A stretch of DNA of 62,036 nt, the filler included. It is 5 parts of 5 records of this genome, joined end to end, with 100 filler letters (N's around TTAATTAATTAA, not from the genome) between each part and the next. Parts side by side here need not be neighbours in the genome. Positions count along the whole stretch, not along the records: positions 45,784 to 50,834 come from SRR31147125_26406; positions 50,935 to 62,036 come from SRR31147125_26411; 3 more parts are not named here. One strand, 5' to 3'. Below are positions 48,512 to 59,409 of this stretch, in pieces. The position numbers and the translations under genes are program-made. The stretch's first letter is position 1. The number at the start of each line of letters is the position of its first letter. The notes under the pieces were generated by a model, which did not search any database, was not told the DNA's origin, and saw only the letters and a program-made list of their open reading frames with translations.

Positions 48512-49952
48512 TATTTACACCTCCTATGTCAATTCCTTTTTCTTTGGCATAAGCCATGACCTCCGCCATGTCATCGAGTTGGCCTTTCCAGTCTCGGCCA
48601 TTCTCAGCCGAAATCTGTTTGAACGTTTTCTGGCCGGACTGCAGCGCCGTCTTGTTGGCCTCGCTCTCTTTTTTCGGATCTATCCAACGCTTCGGCGAAG
48701 CTACCCAGTCGTGCGCCAGATAGTCCTCTTTACGCTGCGAGAAGTCGGGTATCCGGAAAACGCCGGCCAGGATTCCGGATATGACAAACGTTTCGTAAAC
48801 TTCGGACATGAACCGTTCCTGAAGGAGCTCAATTTCTTCTGCGAAGGTGTATTCATCCTCGATGCTCGCTTGGCGGGCGGACGAGTAGTTGGTGCCGCTC
48901 ATATCCCGGCTCACGGCTTCATAACTGAGGCCCTGGCCAGCGCCGATCAGCGCATTTTGCAGCTTGAGGAAAGCTGTCGCATCGCTGCCGGCACTCTTTG
49001 GGTCAACCACCTGTATCTCGTCGCCGGCGTTAAGCTGCGAGATCATTCCGGGCGTCAGGCGCTTTCCGGAATAATCAACTTTGCCGTCTTCGCCGACAAC
49101 GTTGTTGCGCCCGAGACCGTTCGTAGATGGAAGCGCCTTTTTGATAAATACCGCCAGACACGCGGCGATACGTTCTTTCACGCTCACGGCGGTCACATAC
49201 TCATTGATATCCCGGATGCGTGTCATGGTCGGCGTCATGTCGCTGATTTCTCTTATTTGCGACGGCCGGGATTTTGAGTAATAAAAAATGACATCTTTGG
49301 CTTTCACATATACAGGATTCTGTATCTGATAACCTTCAATGTCATACTGCCGGATATAGTATCCGACGGCCTTATTATATTTGTTGTACTCGATTCCACC
49401 GACGACACGGTTCCCGCTGTTTTTCGGTGCGATCTGTGTTACATCCAGCTCATCGACCTCGATGGCCTGCAGCTGGAACGGGATCTTGCCGCGTCCGCTG
49501 TACCGCTTGATGAACAGTATCCCGCCGTCCACCTTCTTTCGGGAAACACCCATACGCAGCAGCTGGTTAAAGCTTTGCGTGCCGGTTACGTCGCAGTGCT
49601 CCGCTTTACACCAGACCTTCCATGCCTTTTCAATCTGATCGTTCAGCGCGTCGTCCGGTGTGCGGGCCTGCAGCGCGAATCCTTTGCCGATAACGTTGCG
49701 GCGGTAAGCCCGGATAACAGACTGCGCTATATCGCTGTTGCGCTCCAGATCCCGAGCCCGTGCCCGGATAACATCGCGATTCCATCGGTCCGTCATCTCC
49801 GCGCTTTCGTTGACGGCGCGCCAATTGGCGTTTGACCGTCCGTAGCCGCCCGCGTCGTAGCTGCGCAATTCCTCACCGGCCTGCCGCCACACTTCGCGCT
49901 CATAAGCGGCTTTCGGCGATATTGCGCCGACAACCCGGTCAATAATGCTCAT
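48501..49952 (-). CDS. Phage portal protein, lambda family
   Basis: RARARDLERN, GIEYNKYNKAVGY, SQIREIS, DMSGTNYSSAR, WIDPKKE. Confidence 0.93.
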   Translation of the reverse strand: MSIIDRVVGAISPKAAYEREVWRQAGEELRSYDAGGYGRSNANWRAVNESAEMTDRWNRDVIRARARDLERNSDIAQSVIRAYRRNVIGKGFALQARTPDDALNDQIEKAWKVWCKAEHCDVTGTQSFNQLLRMGVSRKKVDGGILFIKRYSGRGKIPFQLQAIEVDELDVTQIAPKNSGNRVVGGIEYNKYNKAVGYYIRQYDIEGYQIQNPVYVKAKDVIFYYSKSRPSQIREISDMTPTMTRIRDINEYVTAVSVKERIAACLAVFIKKALPSTNGLGRNNVVGEDGKVDYSGKRLTPGMISQLNAGDEIQVVDPKSAGSDATAFLKLQNALIGAGQGLSYEAVSRDMSGTNYSSARQASIEDEYTFAEEIELLQERFMSEVYETFVISGILAGVFRIPDFSQRKEDYLAHDWVASPKRWIDPKKESEANKTALQSGQKTFKQISAENGRDWKGQLDDMAEVMAYAKEKGIDIGGVNIGQ

Positions 49953-49969
49953 TTAACTGTCATCACCTC

Positions 49970-50200
49970 CTAGCGCCCGTCAAAAACGGCCACGCATGTA
50001 TTATCCAGCAGACTGCCGCTGGCACCTGCGGACACCTTTGCTTCCAAGTCGTCGCGCATTATTTTAAGCAAAGACAAATCGGCCCTGGTCAAAGACCGCG
50101 AGCCGATGGAATAGGATTGTCCACCTACAAGTATTTTGTAAATCGCTGTATTGACTTCCGCCAGCTGCTCCTCCGATGTCATTGCTGCAAAATCGGCCAT
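49970..50200 (-). CDS. gpW-like head-tail joining protein
   Basis: AIYKILVGGQSYSIGSRSLTRADL; immediately upstream of portal. Confidence 0.8.
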   Translation of the reverse strand: MADFAAMTSEEQLAEVNTAIYKILVGGQSYSIGSRSLTRADLSLLKIMRDDLEAKVSAGASGSLLDNTCVAVFDGR

Positions 50201-50357
50201 TGTATCACCTTCTTGTGTATTCTGTTAAACATGACTCTTATAAACAGGTGGTGTGATTTCTGCTCGTTAAATTTATTTATAGAGATTGAGGACTAAATAA
50301 AAAGTTGATTATTATAAAGGTTAATCAAATTCCTGAACTTCTTTATTTCAAGTTATA

Positions 50358-50379
50358 AAGGTAGCCTTTAGGCTACCTT
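50358..50379. terminator. Hairpin downstream of moron-like gene
   Basis: aaggtagcct-tt-aggctacctt. Confidence 0.6.
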
Positions 50380-50404
50380 CTTGTAGATACTATATACTGT
50401 AAGT

Positions 50405-50833
50405 CTATTCCATCTGTACTTTATAAAACGAAGTGATAATACTATATCCAGCTAGGAAACGAAAAAAAGGTTCCCTTGCAGGTGCGATTAGGGAATAATT
50501 TCCCCAATTTAAAACGTCATTAAGCAAGAAAAAATTAAAGTATTCAACCGATAGCAAAAGAGCTGGTATACCAATAATAAAGAATCTTCTGATGTTAAAA
50601 CGCCATTTCCCGACCTTGTGGATATTTACACACAATGTTTCAAGACCAAACAACATACCAATAATAACATTTATGAGCAGCGAAATAAAATGCTCAAAAC
50701 TAAATCTGGATAGTCTTGTCATCATTCCAGTCCCTGGGTACGGGGCAACATTTAAATATTTAAGGTAAGACAGACTATAGAAATGAATAATTGCAATAAT
50801 TAATAAAAGGGATATGAAATATTGAACTGTTTT
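50405..50833 (-). CDS. AT-rich hypothetical multi-pass membrane protein (moron-like, 5'-truncated)
   Basis: Frame open to contig end (KTVQYFISLLLIIAII..); four hydrophobic segments. Confidence 0.7.
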   Translation of the reverse strand, partial: KTVQYFISLLLIIAIIHFYSLSYLKYLNVAPYPGTGMMTRLSRFSFEHFISLLINVIIGMLFGLETLCVNIHKVGKWRFNIRRFFIIGIPALLLSVEYFNFFLLNDVLNWGNYSLIAPAREPFFRFLAGYSIITSFYKVQME

Positions 50834-50834
50834 T

Positions 50835-50934
50835 NNNNNNNNNNNNNNNNNNNNNNNNNNNNNNNNNNNNNNNNNNNNTTAATTAATTAANNNNNNNNNN
50901 NNNNNNNNNNNNNNNNNNNNNNNNNNNNNNNNNN
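50835..50934. other. Artificial contig linker
   Basis: N44-TTAATTAATTAA-N44. Confidence 0.98.
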
Positions 50935-51050
50935 GGGGTAAAAAACATCTAATATATTATGGTCGTAAATGAGCACTACCTATTAGCAGAAAATACCATC
51001 GAAATTCAAATTCTTACTTTTCCGTAAATATCATAGAATATGATAAATCT

Positions 51051-51808
51051 TTATCCCTCTACAGCCGTATCGGCAACACTGCAACGCTGTTTCCTGGCTT
51101 CGAAAAAAGCAGTCCGGCAGAAACAGAAACGTTGAGAGAATTGATCTTTCCGAACATTGGAATTGAAACGAGAAAATCGCATTTATCCCGGACGAGTCGT
51201 CGAATACCCTTGCCTTCACTTCCCAGCACAATACCAGTGGCTTTCACGAGATCTGTATCCGTATAAGTGCCTTCCGCATCCTGATGTGTCCCGACAATCC
51301 AAACGCCACGCTCTTTTAATTCGTCAATAGCTCTGGCAAGATTCGTAACTTGTGCGATTGGAACATGAACTGCTGCGCCAGCTGAAACTTTTAAAACCGT
51401 CGGTCCTAATCCGGCTGCTTTGTCTTTCGGAATAATGATACCATGCATACCGGCACCGTCAGCTGAACGTAAAATGGCACCTAAATTTTGAGGATCCTGA
51501 ATACCGTCCAGAATACCAATTAATGGTGGTTCTTGTCTTGTTTCAGCAATCTTGAGAATGTCGCTAATTTCAAGGTAGGAGGGTATATCAATTTCTGCAG
51601 CAACACCCTGATGTCCATCATGTCCAACAAATTTGCTCAGGCCCTGACGCGGAAGTCTTTTGATAGTAATATTTCGTTGTGTAGCAAGTTGTTCCACAAA
51701 ACGGACAGCCAATCCGCGAACGTCCTTAGCAAGCATAACTTTGCGAACAGGTAATTCTGCCATGAGCCATTCCTGGACAGGATTTCTTCCGAATATAATT
51801 TGAGTCAT
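51051..51808 (-). CDS. rlmB: 23S rRNA G2251 2'-O-methyltransferase; frameshift at 51103-51108
   Basis: HQGVAA, LDGIQDPQNLGAILRS, LGSEGKG, SLNVSVS; restored end LFFEARKQR. Confidence 0.9.
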
Positions 51809-52240
51809 AATAACTCCTAATAATAGTTTTGTAAAATTAAATATTTATAATGAAAATGTGAATTATAGCTAAAAACAGTTTAAATATCTGCCAGCCAGAG
51901 AAAACGCATTTACGAAAGGACTGATATCCTAATGGATCCAATTAAACTGTGTTTGCCTTTTACTTTGATTAAATAACATGCGAAAAAGGCAACTTTGAAC
52001 AGTGGAATCCGGTAAAATTTATTAGCTATAATCCTTTGAGTAGAGTATTAACGTATAAAAAATCCCAACACTTAACACCATCAGACCTCACCAAATAATG
52101 TTATATAATTCACTCGCAATGAAAAGTCACTTTTTCATATGTGAGAGTTTAATTATTCCCCAGGTTTGTCCAATCTGTTTTCGAGTTTTGTATTGTTATC
52201 GCAAATTTGGTGTATGGCAGAAATTTAATTGTTATAGTTT

Positions 52241-53434
52241 TTATTTAAACCACTCTTTTTTAGGTTGATACGACGTTTTTAAGTTCATTTTTTTATTGTG
52301 TTTTTCAAAAGCAAGCGTCACAAGTTTGTCCAGTAATGCCGTATAGCTCAAGCCGGTTGCCTCCCATAGTTTAGGAAACATACTGATTTTGGTAAATCCC
52401 GGAAGTGTATTAATTTCACTCAAATAGAACTCGTTGGTTTCAGGGCTCAGTAAAAAATCCACGCGAGCAAAACCACTGACTTCTGCAGCCTGAACAGCGC
52501 GTATAGCTGTTTCACGGATTTGATTATGAATCTTTAATGGAATGTCAGCCGGAATTGTAAGATCGCTACAATCATCGACGTATTTGGCATTATAGTCATA
52601 AAATTCGCTGGAAGGGATGACTTCACCTGCCACGGATGCTTCCGGGATTTCATTGCCGAGAATACTGACCTCAATTTCCCGCGCATTTTCAACTGATTTT
52701 TCAATTAGGACTTTTCGATCGTACTCTAGCGCACATTGAATTCCATTAGTTAAATCAGATATATTGTGTGCTTTGGTAATACCAACGCTTGAACCCATGT
52801 TGGGAGGTTTGACAAATACTGGAAAATCAAGTTTTTCAACAATTTTATTAATCAGCAGAGTTTGTGTCGAACCAGTCAATTGGTTTGGCAAAACCAATTG
52901 ATTCGCATTAGCCTGGTTTTGTCCGAGCCAATCAATGTCTCTAAACCAAACATATTCAACGGATGGCAATTTTGCAAAACAACATAGTTGTTTTTGTAAA
53001 ATTTTGTCCATGCAAAGGGCTGAGCCTAAAACGCCCGACCCAACGTATGGTATATCTATCAACTCAAACAATCCCTGAATTGTTCCATCTTCTCCATATG
53101 GGCCATGCAAAATTGGGAATATGACATCCAATTGCTTCAGGCAGGCTAAAAATGTGTGATCTATAGATTTACCTTGCTGAAAAGGTACAAGATGTTTAAT
53201 CGATGGATCAGGCGGTAGGAAAACATGCGCCTGTTCGCTCATTTGGCTGTGCCGAAGCATATCCAGGGCGTTAGGACCTGAAATCCATTGGCCTTCTTTT
53301 GTAATTCCTATGGGGATAATGTCATATTTGTTTTTATCAAGACCAGATATAATGGACCCGGCGGAAACCAATGATACCTCGTGTTCACCAGATCTACCAC
53401 CAAAAATTAGTGCAATTTGTTGCTTTTGTGTCAA
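52241..53434 (-). CDS. ddl: D-alanine--D-alanine ligase
   Basis: FGGRSGEHEVSL, LHGPYGEDG, GSSVGI, FYDYNAKY, EINTLPGFT. Confidence 0.95.
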   Translation of the reverse strand: MTQKQQIALIFGGRSGEHEVSLVSAGSIISGLDKNKYDIIPIGITKEGQWISGPNALDMLRHSQMSEQAHVFLPPDPSIKHLVPFQQGKSIDHTFLACLKQLDVIFPILHGPYGEDGTIQGLFELIDIPYVGSGVLGSALCMDKILQKQLCCFAKLPSVEYVWFRDIDWLGQNQANANQLVLPNQLTGSTQTLLINKIVEKLDFPVFVKPPNMGSSVGITKAHNISDLTNGIQCALEYDRKVLIEKSVENAREIEVSILGNEIPEASVAGEVIPSSEFYDYNAKYVDDCSDLTIPADIPLKIHNQIRETAIRAVQAAEVSGFARVDFLLSPETNEFYLSEINTLPGFTKISMFPKLWEATGLSYTALLDKLVTLAFEKHNKKMNLKTSYQPKKEWFK

Positions 53435-54154
53435 AAAGTTCTCCTCTTTCCTTATTCGAAGGCAGGATTTGTTGATGCGCTTGAATATGTATAAAATATT
53501 ATTTGAACAAAACTCAAGAAAATAAACATTAACGGCTTATATAAAAGCAACCTGCCATTTGGAAAGTTGTATGATTGGAGATTAGTAGGATAAACCTATT
53601 ACCTTTAAAACGGCTTCCGAACCTGTTTTCTTTTAGATTCTAACGGCACTCTTGAGAATTATCAAAAAATGAGGAATGTTCCCATACATGTAAAATACAC
53701 TTAATAATATCTTTTCCAAGGAAAATATTTAATTGGGAGCTGTTTTTGATGATTTGGGTGAAAAATATTTCAGAATCTATAAAAAAACAAGCAATATCCT
53801 ACTAAATTTAACACAAACACGATCCCGTGTATTTCATTCGCAGTTAATTATATGAAATGATTCAAATATTCTATTAGGTGATAAGTTCAATTTATTTAAA
53901 GTAGATTGATTCTTTTTGCCAGTGTGTTGGAAATTTTAAATCTGTTGCTTTTCGATAAAGCTTGTAATTTATTAAAGAGACAGTTTAACCCCCAACTTTT
54001 AATTGCATTTTCCATTGGTAATATTTAACTTTCGTGTTCAATTGTTTTTAATGTATTGATTGACATAATAAAAGCAGCTTTTCATTTCTAAATAGCGTTA
54101 TGTTTGAAGAGGAATATTCCATAAAAAAATGATTTTATAAATATATGGTTGGTT

Positions 54155-55438
54155 ATGAAAGAAACGGTTTCATTTTATACACTTGGGTGTCGTTTAAATC
54201 AGGCGGAAACAGCCATCATTGAACGAAGTTTTGAACTGGCGGGTTATGAGATTATTGATTTTGGCAAACAGTCTGATCTGGTTATTATTAATACGTGCAC
54301 AGTTACGGAGAATGGAGATGCAGACACTCGTCGCATAGTAAACAAAATTAATCGTATTAATAAAGATGCTAAAATTGCGTTAATCGGATGCCAGGCTCAG
54401 GTTCAGGGTGCAAAATTGGCAAAATTACCACATGTTCATTGGGTCATTGGCAACGGCTCAAAAATGGATCTTGTGAGTCTCCTGGAAGAAAATCAGACTG
54501 ACGTACCGTGGATCCATAATCCGGTAATTAAAAAAGAAAGTTTTACCATTCCGATTGCCGGAATAGATAAACATCATACACGTGCTAACCTTAAAATTCA
54601 GGATGGGTGTGATTTTTTCTGCACGTATTGTGAGATCCCATATGCCAGAGGAAGAGCGCGAAGTCGTGAATATGAAAACATCCTGCACGAAGCTCAGGAG
54701 CTTATTAGTGCCGGGCATCAGGAGTTAGTGATCACTGGAATAAATGTCGGATGTTATTCTAATCAGGATAAAACTATTTTGGATGTTATCTCTGAATTGG
54801 AAAAGATGGAGGGGCTTTTACGCATTCGAATTTCTTCTATAGAGCCAACCACTATACCGGAAGTCATTCTAACTCGAATGGCAATCGGAAATAAATTATG
54901 TCGCTATCTTCACATTCCCATGCAACATGGGCATGATGAGATTTTGGCATCAATGCACCGGAAATATACAATCGCCGAATTTAATGAATTTATAAACTCA
55001 GCATATACACTTATCCCGGATGTGTGTCTTGGTACAGATGTGATTGTCGGATTTCCTGGAGAAACAGAGTTGCATTTTGAGGAAACTTATAATCTCTTGC
55101 GCAAGTCGCCTTTTGCCTATTTTCATGTATTTCGTTATTCAGATCGTAATCATAATAAAAGCAGAAAATATGCCGATAAAGTTCCCAAAAATATTATTGA
55201 CGAGCGAAGCAGGCGATTAAGAGAGTTAAGTTCCAGGAAAAGACGAACGTTTCTCGAACAGCAAATCGGTAAAACGGAATGGGTGCTTTTTGAGCAACAA
55301 AAAAAGGATTTTTGGACAGGATTGACTGATAATTATATTCGTGTTAAAGTTAAATCCAGCGCCAACCTGGAGAATAAATTTGTACCGGTTAAACTTGAAC
55401 GAGTTGATAGCCAAACAGTAATAGGATCTGTTCAATGA
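54155..55438 (+). CDS. mtaB: tRNA t6A37 methylthiotransferase
   Basis: TLGCRLNQAE, NTCTVT, KIQDGCDFFCTYC, RISSIEP, HVFRYS. Confidence 0.88.
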   Translation: MKETVSFYTLGCRLNQAETAIIERSFELAGYEIIDFGKQSDLVIINTCTVTENGDADTRRIVNKINRINKDAKIALIGCQAQVQGAKLAKLPHVHWVIGNGSKMDLVSLLEENQTDVPWIHNPVIKKESFTIPIAGIDKHHTRANLKIQDGCDFFCTYCEIPYARGRARSREYENILHEAQELISAGHQELVITGINVGCYSNQDKTILDVISELEKMEGLLRIRISSIEPTTIPEVILTRMAIGNKLCRYLHIPMQHGHDEILASMHRKYTIAEFNEFINSAYTLIPDVCLGTDVIVGFPGETELHFEETYNLLRKSPFAYFHVFRYSDRNHNKSRKYADKVPKNIIDERSRRLRELSSRKRRTFLEQQIGKTEWVLFEQQKKDFWTGLTDNYIRVKVKSSANLENKFVPVKLERVDSQTVIGSVQ

Positions 55439-56751
55439 AAAAGGTTTATATAGAGACATATGGTTGTCAGATGAATGAATATGATACGGAAATAATCAAA
55501 TCCATACTGGAAAAAGAAGAATATGAATTCGTACATACTCTGGATGAAGCTGACATTGTTCTTTTAAATACCTGCTCTGTCAGGGAAAATGCCAATAGAA
55601 AAGTGTATGGACGGATTCATAAAATCAAGCATGAAAAAAATGGTGAGCCGGTAAAGATTGGGTTGTTAGGTTGTATGGCGACAAATTTTCGTCAAAAATT
55701 ACTTGATGATCGCAAATTACCGCTTGATTTTGTTGTTGGACCTGATAGTTATAAGCGTTTACCCAAAATTTTAGAGCCGACAACTCATGAAAAAGGATTT
55801 GATGTTACGCTTTCCGAATATGAAACCTATTCCGATATATATCCTACCAGAGAAAAAGGCGTTAATGCCTGGATAGCTGTGATGCGGGGCTGCAATAATT
55901 TTTGTTCATATTGTGTCGTTCCATATACTCGAGGACGCGAACGAAGCCGTTCACCAGAAAATGTGGTTGAAGAAGTAAAACGATTGGCTACCGAAGGTTA
56001 TAAACAGGTAACCCTTCTCGGTCAGAATGTGAATTCTTACAGGCATGAAGACAAGGAGTTTGCCTATTTGCTGGAGCAGGTGAGTATGGTGGATGGCATA
56101 GAACGCATAAGATTCACTTCACCACATCCAAAGGATTTTCCGCATAATTTAATTCATGTTGTCGCTGAAAATCCCAAGGTATGCAATCAAATTCATCTCC
56201 CGCTTCAGGCAGGTAATACCCGTATTCTGGATATAATGCGTCGAACCTATTCTCAGGAAGATTATTTAAAACTTGTTGAGGACATAAAAAGTCATTGTCC
56301 TGATATTGTGCTTACGACAGATATCATTGTGGGTTTTCCGACTGAAACGGATGAAGAGTTTGAGGACACTTTTAATGTCATGAAAAATGTAGAGTATGAT
56401 TCTGCATTTATTTTTAAATATTCAGAACGCCAGGGTACTATAGCCAGCCGTAAATATCCGGATGATGTAGCAGAGGAAGCCAAGACCGAACGCATTATGA
56501 GGTTGAATGAATTACAAAAGGATATTTCGCTAAAAAAGAATCAGGCACATATCAATCAAGTACATGAGGTACTTGTTGAAAACGAACAAACTAAAAAGTC
56601 TGATGCGGATATTCAGGGCCGTAATGATGGTAACAAAATGGTTATCCTTCCTGGAGCTTCTTATAAAACCGGTCAATTCGTTAATGCGAAAATATACGAG
56701 GTTACAGCTCATGTATTAAAAGGGCAGGTGATTGAGGTTTTGAACAAGTAG
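55435..56751 (+). CDS. miaB: tRNA i6A37 methylthiotransferase
   Basis: TYGCQMN, NTCSVRENA, GCNNFCSYC, LLGQNVNSY, RFTSPHP, TRAM domain. Confidence 0.93.
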   Translation: MKKVYIETYGCQMNEYDTEIIKSILEKEEYEFVHTLDEADIVLLNTCSVRENANRKVYGRIHKIKHEKNGEPVKIGLLGCMATNFRQKLLDDRKLPLDFVVGPDSYKRLPKILEPTTHEKGFDVTLSEYETYSDIYPTREKGVNAWIAVMRGCNNFCSYCVVPYTRGRERSRSPENVVEEVKRLATEGYKQVTLLGQNVNSYRHEDKEFAYLLEQVSMVDGIERIRFTSPHPKDFPHNLIHVVAENPKVCNQIHLPLQAGNTRILDIMRRTYSQEDYLKLVEDIKSHCPDIVLTTDIIVGFPTETDEEFEDTFNVMKNVEYDSAFIFKYSERQGTIASRKYPDDVAEEAKTERIMRLNELQKDISLKKNQAHINQVHEVLVENEQTKKSDADIQGRNDGNKMVILPGASYKTGQFVNAKIYEVTAHVLKGQVIEVLNK

Positions 56752-56868
56752 CACTTTTGGATCTTTTTGTTTTTTTTACGATAATATAAATCTTATTTTT
56801 AAATGGATCATTTAATCCTTTTAGTAATTATAGTTTAATTACTCTATTTTAACTGCGAACTATATTAG

Positions 56869-58480
56869 ATGAAAAGATCCCCGTTATTAAAAATTATATT
56901 CACGATTATAGCGGCGCTGCTGATTCCTGTAACAAGTTATACAGTATTTCAGTTTACTCAAAGCAATGCAAATGAGGAGCTGTTAAAGTCAATATACAAT
57001 CGCCAACTGGATAGTATCCTGTTTTCTGTTAATCAGCATTGCTGGGACACATTCAATTCCTGGATCACTGAGATAAATGCCGTTGCATCAGCTGATCCGG
57101 AAGGTTTATCCGAAAAAAAATTACCTCCAGACTTGAAACGTTTACCAGAAACAATGCGACTGTTGATGGGGTTTTTCTTAGATTTTCTTCCCAACGGATG
57201 GTGACTTTTATGTTGCCTGACTCTAAGAGAAAGATAACAAATTTTAATGTTATGGCCTACAATCTGAAATTAGATCAGATTTTTAACCAATCGTCTTCAA
57301 ACCTGGATCGGTTAATGCGTCGGGCAAAGGAAGGTTATGTCAAGCCATTTGCTGTTCAGTGGAATGTTTCTGAATCTGAACGTACGACACTTCTTATTTT
57401 TCCTGTTATTTTCCAACCAAAGGAGAAACAAGCAGAGATTTTGGCTGGTATATTTATAGATGATATAGAATATATCAATGAAACCGTTGGACGAAAATTT
57501 AGTGCTATGGATGATGGCACTTTTAATTTTGCTGTTAAAGATAGCGAAAAGGAAAAGATATATTTTTCTACTGAGGATGTGCCAACCGAGGAATTTGAGA
57601 AAAGTGAGAAACTGTGGATATTGCCTAAACTGGATTTGCAAATTAAACTGAGTGGTACAACTCTTGATCAAATTTCAAAGGCACGCACCGTTACAAATTT
57701 GATTTTTTTGGCCCTTGTAAATATTGTTTTGATATTTGGAGTTGTATATCTTGTTCGTAACGTGCACAATGAGATCGCTTTGGCAAAGATGAAAACATCT
57801 TTTGTCGCGAATGTGTCTCATGAGCTTCGAACCCCGCTCGCATTGATTAGAATGTACGCTGAAACCCTGGAAATGGGGCGAATACCATCAGAAGAAAAAA
57901 ACAGCATTACTATCGAACGATCATGTCTGAAAGCGCACGACTCACACAACTCGTAAATAATATTCTGGATTTTTCTAAAATAGAGTCGTTGAAAAAGAAT
58001 TATATACATGTAGAAACCAAACTTTCTGATTTGATCTGCGACACTCTCAAGATATACCGGTTTCATCTGGCTCAGAAAGGATTTGAATTAGTTGTGGATC
58101 TTGAATCCAATTTGCCGGAAATTTGTATCGATTCTGCCGCCGTTAAACAAGCATTTACGAATTTGCTGGATAACGCCGTTAAATTTAGTCTGGATAAGAA
58201 AAAAATTTGTGTCAGTTTAAAAAAGAACAATCATATGCAGGTTCTTTCCGTACAGGATTATGGCATTGGAATTTCAAATTCAGAGCAGGAGAAAATATTT
58301 GATAAATTTTATCGGGCCGAGAGCCATATGGTTCACAATCTGAAAGGAAGTGGATTAGGGCTTAGTCTTGTTAAGCATATTATGGAACAGCATAAAGGTC
58401 AGGTTCTCATAAATAGTAAAGTAGGTGAAGGAAGTATCTTCTCCCTGATATTTCCACAAAATGATATCCACAGGGCATAA
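56869..58480 (+). CDS. Sensor histidine kinase; frameshifts at A8 57113-57120 and A7 57895-57901
   Basis: Three ORFs join: TM-periplasmic-TM, VSHELRTPL, NLLDNAVKFS, DYGIGI, GSGLGL. Confidence 0.88.
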
Positions 58481-58483
58481 TAA

Positions 58484-59166
58484 ATGGCGCGAATATTAAT
58501 TGTTGAAGATGAAACTGAAATGGCAATGGGCCTTAAAGATAATTTTGAGTTTGATGGCCACGAAGTGATAATCGCTAATGATGGGGAAGAGGGTTTAAAA
58601 CGAGGCGTTAATGAAGGAATTCAACTGATCATTCTGGATGTGATGTTGCCCAAAAAATCGGGCTTTGACGTCTGTAAAGAACTGCGGGCAAAGGGTATAA
58701 GCACACCAATAATTATGCTTACGGCACGTGGACAAGAAATAGACAAAATTCTTGGCCTTGAACTGGGAGCGGATGATTATTTGACCAAACCATTTAGTGT
58801 TCGAGAATTATTGGCGCGGGTCAAGGCTGTTTTGCGACGATATCCTGGCGAAGAATCCGTAAATGACACCTTTTGTCGAATTGGTAAGATTAATGTAGAC
58901 TTTAAACATTTTACCGCGACAAGTGCTGAAGGTGTTGTTAATTTTACCTATAAAGAAATAGAGCTGCTAAAATACCTGTTTGAACATAAAAACCAAATAA
59001 TCAGTAGGGATAGATTATTGGATGAGGTCTGGGGATATGATAATTATCCAACATCAAGAACAGTGGATAATTATATTGTAAAATTGAGAAAAAAATAGAA
59101 GAAAACCCTCTCGAACCCAGGCACATTATGACAGTTCACGGGATTGGCTATAAATTTATAGATTAG
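58484..59166 (+). CDS. OmpR family response regulator; frameshift at A7 59089-59095
   Basis: [27 protein letters not shown]; restored [12 protein letters not shown]. Confidence 0.92.
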
Positions 59167-59240
59167 TTACAGGGCGAATGATTTCTTTTTAAAGACGTCT
59201 AATACGACACCTTCTTTCCAGCATATGATCTTTAATTATT

Positions 59241-59301
59241 TTTACATTTTTTTACAATTTTTAACATCGTTATGACACGAGTTTCTTGGAAATTGTATAA
59301 T
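59241..59301 (+). promoter_or_regulatory. Four phased (T/A)T(T/A/G)ACA direct repeats plus -10 box
   Basis: tttaca 59241, tttaca 59251, ttaaca 59261, atgaca 59272; tataat 59296. Confidence 0.55.
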
Positions 59302-59409
59302 TTCTCATCATAAAATCATGAATAGTAGCACAGAATGAATTCTTTATTTAAAAATTTTCAGCCGATTACTAAAGATTATCCCTTAAATGCTCGTTATTTT
59401 GGGTACTTT

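Larger units (their letters stand above)
45784..50200 (-). mobile_element. Phage or prophage head morphogenesis module
   Basis: gpW-like, lambda-family portal, prohead protease, major capsid and DUF2190-like genes in canonical order; visibly GC-richer than other contigs. Confidence 0.92.

Noticed and set aside
45918..49835. Long antisense ORFs in the phage contig (e.g. 48504-49277)
   Set aside because: Shadow ORFs of GC-rich genes; no recognisable motifs
53435..54154. Long AT-rich ddl-mtaB intergenic region as hidden ncRNA or gene
   Set aside because: No convincing ORF, repeat or structure found by eye; an Rfam/BLASTX search would be needed
54155..56751. Tandem radical SAM genes as a RiPP cluster
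   Set aside because: Both are standard tRNA methylthiotransferases (MtaB, MiaB); no precursor peptide
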